In this document: positions 25,286-31,776 of the stretch, piece by piece
How the letters are laid out: each line of letters opens with the position of its first letter
Numbering within the stretch: position 1 is the stretch's first letter
NCBI RefSeq assembly: GCF_047555085.1
Contig: NZ_CP180230.1
Location: 870,001-902,000, forward strand
Reading direction: 5' to 3'
Length of the DNA stretch: 32,000 nt
DNA from: Candidatus Saccharimonadota bacterium
GTDB taxonomy: Archaea; Nanohalarchaeota; Nanosalinia; Nanosalinales; Nanosalinaceae
Translations under genes and position numbers: made by a program
The notes under the pieces: generated by a model
Told to the model about the DNA's origin: nothing
Database searches by the model: none
What the model saw: only the letters and a program-made list of their open reading frames with translations

Positions 25286-25308
25286 GTTAGAAAGAGAATT
25301 CAGGAGTT

Positions 25309-27090
25309 ATGAGATACCATTTAAACCAGGATTTAGACGATAAAAAAGGGATTATATCTAATCTCCACTGCTTCTTCAACCGCCATCTTGACACAGGATT
25401 CAAGACGAAATGGGACGGGCTGTGGATACCACCGTACAAGTTCCTCGACTACTACGCAGTAAAAATAAACGGAGAATGGCTAGGCCCCGAAACTGTAGAA
25501 GCAGTTGACTACGGAGAAAAAATGGTTTTCCACCACGAGACAGACAGCATAAAAGTTAAAGAAACTGTAGAGGCCTCTCCAACAACTCCCGGGATAGATA
25601 TAGAACTCCAGTACGAGAACAAGATGGACAAAAAGAAGGCAGTACATACAGGCCTGGAGCTAGGTGTCGATATCAGGCATAAAGACACAGATACAGATAA
25701 TACAGACTATACAATGGAGAAAGGACCTAACAGGCTTTCTGTGGAGAGAAAAAGTAAGAAACTGATGATTTCAAGCAGCGAAGAGTTTAATGTGAATGGC
25801 GACTCCTATGAGAAAGAGCATTTCCCCGGTGAGAGGCAGAAATGCTTTATTCCCGGTGAAATTTCTTTCCGCTCCGAGCTCGAGGATCGGAACAGTATCT
25901 CTATCGAAGTGTCGACTCCTGACGGAGTTTTCGGACGCATAGATAGTCAGAATCAGGAACTGGAGCATGAAAAGCTTGGGCACGGTTTCAGTTCTGCTCT
26001 TGATAGCCTGAGGAATCTTTGCTACGACAGGGACGGCACAGGGATAATCGCCGGCCATCCCTGGTTCCAGTCTTTCTGGGCGCGGGATAGCTTCTGGTCA
26101 GTACTCGGACTGATAGATGCAGGATACTTTGAGCTGGCGGAGGACATACTGACTAACTTTGCTGACAGAGGCCTTCCTGACAAGATTGTGATTGATGGAG
26201 AGGATCGTGTTGAGCCGAAGCAGTATGATACTGAGCCGCTTTTCATAATGGCTGCTGACAAGCTTGAAAGACATCATCGTACGAACGATGTGATAGATGA
26301 GGCTGTGGCGGAAGCAGCGGAAGACCTGAAGATAGAGAACGATGGAATCGTCCATAATGAGGCCTGTGGAACCTGGATGGATACTATAAGGCGAAAAAAT
26401 GCTGTAGATGTGCAGAGCCTGTGGATAGAAGCTCTTGATGCTCTAAACGATGACAGGAGAGAAAAATTATTTGAAGGCCTGGAAAATTTTACCGAAGAGG
26501 AGTACATGAAAGATAGCATCAACGGAGAAGACACACTGAGCATAAATCCTGCGTTAGCGCTGATGTACGGCCATATAGATGAGGGAAAGGCCCAGAAATA
26601 TCTTGAAACGATCAACGGCGAGTTTGCCTCACGTTACGGGGCAAGAACGCGCTCATGCACAGATCCAGGATACGAGGCCTCCGGCTATCATACAGGCAGT
26701 GTCTGGGGATTGACGACTTGCTGGGCGGCTGCTGCAAACATACGCTACGGGAGGGAAAGGCAGGGAGTCAACTTTATCGAGAAGTTTCTGCAGTTCCTGG
26801 ACACTGATCAGCCAGGAGCATTCCCCGAAAATGTTGATGCCGAGAACGGGAAAATCCTCGGGTGCAGCGAACAGGCCTGGAGCGCAGGACTGATAGTACA
26901 CGTTATAGACACCTATCTGCTGGGCATAAAGGTACGGAAAAACCGTGTGGAGATTCAGCCGCCGGAAAATATTTCCTGTACACGAAGAAATAAACGTATA
27001 AAGGACGAAGAAGTCGATATAAGATTTGAAGACGGAGATGCTGAAATCCTCGATGAAACAGAGCTAGATATTGTGGTGAAAAATGAATAA
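25309..27090 (+). CDS. Amylo-alpha-1,6-glucosidase / glycogen debranching enzyme (GDE C-terminal, six-hairpin glycosidase type)
   Basis: 593-aa ORF. GHPWFQSFWARDSFWSVLGL, TWMDT, GYHTGSVWGLTT and CSEQAWSAG are typical of archaeal GDE-like proteins. Confidence 0.8.
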   Translation: MRYHLNQDLDDKKGIISNLHCFFNRHLDTGFKTKWDGLWIPPYKFLDYYAVKINGEWLGPETVEAVDYGEKMVFHHETDSIKVKETVEASPTTPGIDIELQYENKMDKKKAVHTGLELGVDIRHKDTDTDNTDYTMEKGPNRLSVERKSKKLMISSSEEFNVNGDSYEKEHFPGERQKCFIPGEISFRSELEDRNSISIEVSTPDGVFGRIDSQNQELEHEKLGHGFSSALDSLRNLCYDRDGTGIIAGHPWFQSFWARDSFWSVLGLIDAGYFELAEDILTNFADRGLPDKIVIDGEDRVEPKQYDTEPLFIMAADKLERHHRTNDVIDEAVAEAAEDLKIENDGIVHNEACGTWMDTIRRKNAVDVQSLWIEALDALNDDRREKLFEGLENFTEEEYMKDSINGEDTLSINPALALMYGHIDEGKAQKYLETINGEFASRYGARTRSCTDPGYEASGYHTGSVWGLTTCWAAAANIRYGRERQGVNFIEKFLQFLDTDQPGAFPENVDAENGKILGCSEQAWSAGLIVHVIDTYLLGIKVRKNRVEIQPPENISCTRRNKRIKDEEVDIRFEDGDAEILDETELDIVVKNE

Positions 27091-27736
27091 CAGGATAATA
27101 GTCAATTTCAAGGCCTACAGAAATGCACTGGGAGATAGAAGCGAAGAACTGGTAAAAAGCTTCAGTGAAGTATACAAAGAAATAGATGGAGAGGTCATAG
27201 TTGCTCCCTCTTCCTTTGATACGTTCAGAACTGCGGGTAACGGAATCAAAATCTACAGCCAGCATGTTGGCCCTCTGAAGCCCGGAAGCCATACCGGCCA
27301 CAGTGTTGCAGAGGCGGTAGAGGCCACTGGAGCTTCAGGCAGCTTGATCAATCACTCTGAGAGACGTATGGATAGTGAGAGTATAGAGGATGCTGTTTCA
27401 CGATGTGAGGAGCTTGGATTAGAGACTGTTGTCTGTGCTCAGACTGTTGAAGAAGTTGAGGAGTACAGTTCTTTCAGGCCCGATTTCATCGCTTTTGAGC
27501 CTCCGGAGCTTATCGGCGGCGATACTGCTGTCTCCCAGGCGGAGCCTGAAATGATCAGAGAAGCTGTTGAGAGTACTGCGGATGGAGTTGAGACTTTGAC
27601 AGGGGCAGGAATAAAAAGCGCGGAAGATGTAAGTAAAAGCATAGAGCTTGGATGTTCGGGAGTACTGGTGGCATCCGGCATCGTAAAATCAGATAATCCA
27701 GCGGAGACTCTGGAAAAAATGTGTGAAGGCCTTTGA
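27083..27736 (+). CDS. tpiA: Triosephosphate isomerase, archaeal type
   Basis: 217-aa ORF with motifs VNFKAY, LINHSERR, FEPPELIGG and VLVASG. A GGTGA SD-like motif lies 6-10 nt upstream. It overlaps the GDE 3' end by 8 nt. Confidence 0.9.
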   Translation: MNNRIIVNFKAYRNALGDRSEELVKSFSEVYKEIDGEVIVAPSSFDTFRTAGNGIKIYSQHVGPLKPGSHTGHSVAEAVEATGASGSLINHSERRMDSESIEDAVSRCEELGLETVVCAQTVEEVEEYSSFRPDFIAFEPPELIGGDTAVSQAEPEMIREAVESTADGVETLTGAGIKSAEDVSKSIELGCSGVLVASGIVKSDNPAETLEKMCEGL

Positions 27737-28992
27737 AAGATATCTGGCGGCGACGTTACCTGGAATCGGTTGAATCCGAAAGATCTGAAGCAAATGTCTT
27801 GACAGGTTTTAACGCAAATCTTGATTACATCTACAGATTTGATGATCTCGATATCGATCTTGAATCTGTTGAATCCAGGAAGATCGATCCTGTGAAAAAT
27901 CCAGAGGAGCTCAACTCAGTGCTGAAGTACTGTATAGAGAACAATGAGAACATGGAGGTGCACGGAAAGCACCTGGCCCGGGAGTTCCCTGAAGCGGAGA
28001 AGCGTCTCGGAGGCCAGGGAGGCATAATATCAGATTTTCTCAGCAAGACAGGCAACTACGTTGTCTTCTACACTCCTTTCCTGTCACAGGAGCTGGCAGA
28101 CCTTATTGACTCTGAAGTCGTATACCCTGTAGCTGATGGAGGCCTGAAGCTGAAACGTGTGAAAGATGCTGTAAACACTGATAGAGTCAAAGAAAACATG
28201 ATTGTAGAGTACGATAACGAACACACCGGAAGACTTATTGTCTCGGACAGACTTCAGGGATTCGGACCTTACTTCAGAAAAGGAGTAGAGGAAAAACTGG
28301 ACAAGCTTGACGATGAACTTGATGCAGTCGTTCTATCAGGATTCCACGACGCAGACGGAAACTTCGAGTCAAAGATAGACAAGGCAGAAGTACAGATAAG
28401 CCAGATCAAGAGCCCAAAACACCTCGAATACGTCGACATGGAGGCCTCCAAATCCGAAAAAATCCTGGCGGATCTGGTGCCTGAGTTCGACAGTATAGGC
28501 CTCGATGAATCAGAGGCTCTGGAACTTTCAAGCAGCCTTGGACACAGCTTTGAAGAAAAACTAAGTCTTGGAGAGGCCTTCCAGCTATCTAAAAGCCTCA
28601 TAGAAGATTACAGCCTCGAAAGGATTCATATACACACCTACAGATATCATGTCGCCGTCACTGGAGAAGACTACGGTACGAGGCCTGAGAAAATCCGTGA
28701 ATCAATGCTTTACGCAGAGAACTGTGCTCTCAAGATGTCAGATATAGGAGAGATACCGGACAGCATCGACATGAATAATTACAGTCTTGAAAACAAGCAC
28801 GTTCATATTCTGGATGATCTGGAAGATTTCCAGCATCATCTAGGCCTTGATAACTTTGTGGAAGAAGGTATAGCAGAAATTGATGGATTCAACGTAGTTT
28901 CAATCCCTACACTGATTCATGAGGATCCTGAAAGAGTTGTAGGGATGGGAGATGTAATTTCCTCAGCGGCTTTCACTGCAGAGCTACGCTGA
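27733..28992 (+). CDS. ADP-dependent phosphofructokinase/glucokinase family sugar kinase
   Basis: 419-aa ORF with motifs GFNANLD, GGQGGIISDF and the C-terminal VVGMGDVISSAAF. The only canonical start upstream of the conserved NxNxD motif is the TTG at 27733, which overlaps the tpiA TGA. Confidence 0.85.
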   Translation: MKDIWRRRYLESVESERSEANVLTGFNANLDYIYRFDDLDIDLESVESRKIDPVKNPEELNSVLKYCIENNENMEVHGKHLAREFPEAEKRLGGQGGIISDFLSKTGNYVVFYTPFLSQELADLIDSEVVYPVADGGLKLKRVKDAVNTDRVKENMIVEYDNEHTGRLIVSDRLQGFGPYFRKGVEEKLDKLDDELDAVVLSGFHDADGNFESKIDKAEVQISQIKSPKHLEYVDMEASKSEKILADLVPEFDSIGLDESEALELSSSLGHSFEEKLSLGEAFQLSKSLIEDYSLERIHIHTYRYHVAVTGEDYGTRPEKIRESMLYAENCALKMSDIGEIPDSIDMNNYSLENKHVHILDDLEDFQHHLGLDNFVEEGIAEIDGFNVVSIPTLIHEDPERVVGMGDVISSAAFTAELR

Positions 28993-30318
28993 GGTCTCCT
29001 GTATAAATTTTCTGACATCTGACTCGATTCTCTGGAGGATTTGATCGAGGTCTTCTTCTGTATCGGCCTCACATCTGACGCTCATCTTTGGCTCGGTGCT
29101 TGAAGGCCTTACAAGAGCCCATCCTTTTTCGAAGTGGATCTTCACGCCGTCTTTTCGGGAGATCTCACGATCAGAGTAGGCCTCTCCGATCTTCTGGATT
29201 ACTTTTTCTTTTGCGTCTTCAGGACAGTCGATCCTTAACTCCGGGGATACAGGATAGTCTGTGTAGCTTGAGAGTCTTTCCTCCAGTTTATCTTCGTTAA
29301 GCATCTTCATCATCAGAGCTGCGGCAAAAAGGCCGTCATCCCACGGGAAATCCCATGCCGGGAAGTAGAAATGTCCTGAAAGCTCGCCAGCGAAGACAAC
29401 ACTGGAATCACTGTGGATAGCCTCTGATATAAACGTATGGCCTACACGCGACTCTACAGGCTCTCCTCCTCTCTTAGTAATCATTTCGGATACAAGCTTG
29501 GAGGCCCTCAGATCGTATACCACTTTTCCTTTCTCAATCTCTAAGGCCTCTTCCGAGAAAAGAGCTAGAACTTCATCCTCGGAGATATGACCATATCCAG
29601 GCATCACGAATCCGGCTCTATCGCCATCTCCATCGAATATTATGCCCATATCCTCATCACTCATCTCTTCCTCCAGCGCTTTCCGGGCCTCTTCATTCGT
29701 GGGATCCGGCAGATGATTCGGGAAGGAACCATCAACATCCTCGTTAATCAGAGTTACATCCGATGCCAGGGATTCAAACAGATCCTCGGCAAGGACCCCT
29801 GTAACTCCGTTTCCACAGTTGACAGCTACATCAAGATCCAGAGATCCAAAAATTTCTACAAGCTCCTTGATGTAATCCTCAAGCACATCTAACTCGTTGA
29901 CAGAGGCCTCTCCCTGCTCGAAATCCTCATTCTCGTATATCTCCTGGATCTCAGCCATTCCTCCTTCACGGGACATAGACAGAGCATTTTCCTTGCAGAA
30001 CTTGAAGCCTGTGTACTCCGGCGGATTATGTGAGGCCGTTACGATTACAGAGGCCTCTAAATTATTCTTGTACTGTCCGTACTTTACTACAGGCGTAGGG
30101 ACAACACCTGCAACTAGAGCATCAGTTCCTGTAGAAGTAAGGCCTTCTGTAAAGGCCTCCAAGATTTTTTCCCCGTGTTCTCTGCCGTCTCTCCCGATCA
30201 AAACTTTTTCTGCATCGGTGAATGTTCCGAAGGCCTTGCCTACTTTTTCCGCTTCTTTTTCTCCGATTTCGTCAGGAAAAGTTCCTCTCAGATCGTATGT
30301 GTGGAAGAATGAACTCAT
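28984..30318 (-). CDS. Phosphoglucomutase/phosphomannomutase (alpha-D-phosphohexomutase)
   Basis: 444-aa ORF. VTASHNPPEYTGFKF is the catalytic Ser loop, FDGDGDRAGF is the metal loop and GELSGHFYF is the sugar loop. A GGAG motif lies 8-11 nt upstream of the ATG. Confidence 0.9.
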   Translation of the reverse strand: MSSFFHTYDLRGTFPDEIGEKEAEKVGKAFGTFTDAEKVLIGRDGREHGEKILEAFTEGLTSTGTDALVAGVVPTPVVKYGQYKNNLEASVIVTASHNPPEYTGFKFCKENALSMSREGGMAEIQEIYENEDFEQGEASVNELDVLEDYIKELVEIFGSLDLDVAVNCGNGVTGVLAEDLFESLASDVTLINEDVDGSFPNHLPDPTNEEARKALEEEMSDEDMGIIFDGDGDRAGFVMPGYGHISEDEVLALFSEEALEIEKGKVVYDLRASKLVSEMITKRGGEPVESRVGHTFISEAIHSDSSVVFAGELSGHFYFPAWDFPWDDGLFAAALMMKMLNEDKLEERLSSYTDYPVSPELRIDCPEDAKEKVIQKIGEAYSDREISRKDGVKIHFEKGWALVRPSSTEPKMSVRCEADTEEDLDQILQRIESDVRKFIQETSA

Positions 30319-30321
30319 TTT

Positions 30322-30843
30322 TTATCTCCAGTAGTCTTCAAGTATCTCTGATTTTTCTTTGTACTCTTCCTGCATATCTGGCAGGGATTTCTTCATGACT
30401 TTTGTATCAAGTGAAGTCTCCATGAAGCCTCTATCTTTCTCGTAGATCGGTACTAGCTGTACATGTAGATGCGGAATAGATTCTCCTGCTGCTTTCCCTA
30501 TATTCATGCCAACATCGATTCCAGCGGGCTCGACTACTTCCCTCTGAAGCTCTTCAACTTTCTGCACCATTGCGAACAGACGATTTCTCTCCTCATCCTC
30601 GAGATCCGTCATCGAGTTGACGTGACGCTTCGGCACGACCATGATGTGGCCGGTGTTGTACGGGAAGATATTCAGCTCCACCATAAGGAAATCGTCTTCA
30701 AATATCGCCAGCTTGGAAACTCTTTCATCGTCAGAGGCCTGTGCACAGAAGATACAGTCGATATCATCCGGCACCTCGTTCGCCTCGTACTCTTCACGTT
30801 TCGGACTCCACAGGTACTGTTCGTACGGCTTCAAGTCAGTCAT
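30322..30843 (-). CDS. HIT-superfamily protein, Ap4A-phosphorylase-like architecture with an HxHxQ motif
   Basis: 173-aa ORF with motifs CIFC, LNIFPYNTGHIMVVPKRHV and IPHLHVQLVP. I verified the motif codons at 30457-30471 (cat cta cat gta cag). Confidence 0.8.
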   Translation of the reverse strand: MTDLKPYEQYLWSPKREEYEANEVPDDIDCIFCAQASDDERVSKLAIFEDDFLMVELNIFPYNTGHIMVVPKRHVNSMTDLEDEERNRLFAMVQKVEELQREVVEPAGIDVGMNIGKAAGESIPHLHVQLVPIYEKDRGFMETSLDTKVMKKSLPDMQEEYKEKSEILEDYWR

Positions 30844-30865
30844 AGGAAAACCTTCGGAAAACTAG

Positions 30866-30873
30866 AATTTAAG
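30866..30873 (-). promoter_or_regulatory. Candidate TATA box for the HIT-PGM operon
   Basis: The minus strand reads CTTAAATT, 23-30 nt upstream of the ATG at 30843, with no SD motif. Confidence 0.35.
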
Positions 30874-30922
30874 CCTTACCGCATAAAGGCCTCTAAACGT
30901 CCTGAAACAGAGATTAATACAG

Positions 30923-30928
30923 AAAAAA
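30923..30928 (-). terminator. Oligo-T tract after minD
   Basis: The minus strand reads TAA-AAAAG-TTTTTT immediately after the stop at 30935-30937. Confidence 0.3.
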
Positions 30929-30934
30929 CTTTTT

Positions 30935-31693
30935 TTACAGGCTGAGATCCTCAATCTTGTAACGGATCTTCGTCGAGAGGCCTCTCTGCGGAGGTTCTTC
31001 TCCTTTCACACGGTGAGCCACATCATGGATTGCATGTGAAACTTTTGATTTAGGCTTGTGTGCAACTACAGGCTTCCGGAGTGCAATAGCTTCTCTTACA
31101 TGTTTGTGATCCGGTACCTCTCCAATTATCTTTTCCTGTACAAGTTCCTCGATGTCTTCCTGTTTAACTTCCGATTTCTCTCCGCGTACCTCGTTCAGTA
31201 CGAGGCCCAGAATATCTCTTTCCATCTCTTCCGCCAGCTTCTTCGCTCCAAGAGCGTTCGTCAGTGCCGGAAGCTCTGGCTTCGAGACGAGAAGTACTTC
31301 GTCAGAGGCCTCTACTGCTGCCTCTACTTCCTCTCCTACTCCTGCGGCTGCGTCGATGAATACGTAGTCTTTGTCGCCGAGGAAATCGATCAGTGCGTGT
31401 TTCAGATTCTCCGAGTCGGCGTCGAATTCAAGTATGGATGCCGGTAGAATTGAGACTCCTTCAGGGTGTTTTGCCAGGGCCTGTGTGATGTATGCGTCGC
31501 CTTCCATCACGTCGTTCAGGGAGACGTCCTGGAATCCCATTCCGAAGTGCTGTGCGATATTTGCTCCGGAGAAGTTTCCGTCAATTATTACAACGTCTTC
31601 GCCCTGCTTTGAAAGTGCAACTCCGAGATTGGAGGTCATGGTCGTCTTTCCTACTCCTCCTTTTCCGGAGACTACAGAGATTACCCTGGTCAT
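30935..31693 (-). CDS. minD: MinD/ParA-family P-loop ATPase
   Basis: The deviant Walker A VVSGKGGVGKTT is present. The ORF track extends to 31750, but the ATG at 31693 (MTRVISVVSGKGGVGKT) gives the canonical N-terminus. A TTTTTAAT element (31718-31725) lies 25-32 nt upstream of it. Confidence 0.85.
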   Translation of the reverse strand: MTRVISVVSGKGGVGKTTMTSNLGVALSKQGEDVVIIDGNFSGANIAQHFGMGFQDVSLNDVMEGDAYITQALAKHPEGVSILPASILEFDADSENLKHALIDFLGDKDYVFIDAAAGVGEEVEAAVEASDEVLLVSKPELPALTNALGAKKLAEEMERDILGLVLNEVRGEKSEVKQEDIEELVQEKIIGEVPDHKHVREAIALRKPVVAHKPKSKVSHAIHDVAHRVKGEEPPQRGLSTKIRYKIEDLSL

Positions 31694-31776
31694 ACAGAGT
31701 AGTTTTAGTTTCGCCGCATTAAAAACCTGACTATTCAGGATATGCTTCAAAGTTCAAAGGAAGTAAAATGGAATAT

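Larger units (their letters stand above)
164..31311. repeat. Dispersed, hyper-abundant palindromic hexamer AGGCCT (about 125 copies by manual scan), often extended to GAGGCCTC
   Basis: Manual line-by-line scan for GGCC with A/T flanks. First site is 164-169 and last is 31306-31311. Verified examples: 726-731, 5531-5536, 8754-8759, 8766-8771, 9140-9145, 9592-9597, 9759-9764, 11138-11143, 13523-13528, 16067-16072, 18593-18598, 25243-25248, 30887-30892. See the first finding. Confidence 0.8.

Noticed and set aside
164-31311. AGGCCT excess as a by-product of codon or amino-acid usage (for example frequent Glu-Ala-Ser)
   Set aside because: The motif is used in all three phases, on both coding strands, and at similar density in intergenic spacers. 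It is absent from 2.5 kb of equally acidic secreted-protein genes.
31694-31750. 19-codon N-terminal extension of minD in the ORF track
   Set aside because: The ATG at 31693 places the Walker A motif at the usual distance from the N-terminus. It also has a TATA-like TTTTTAAT element 25-32 nt upstream, which the extension would overlap.
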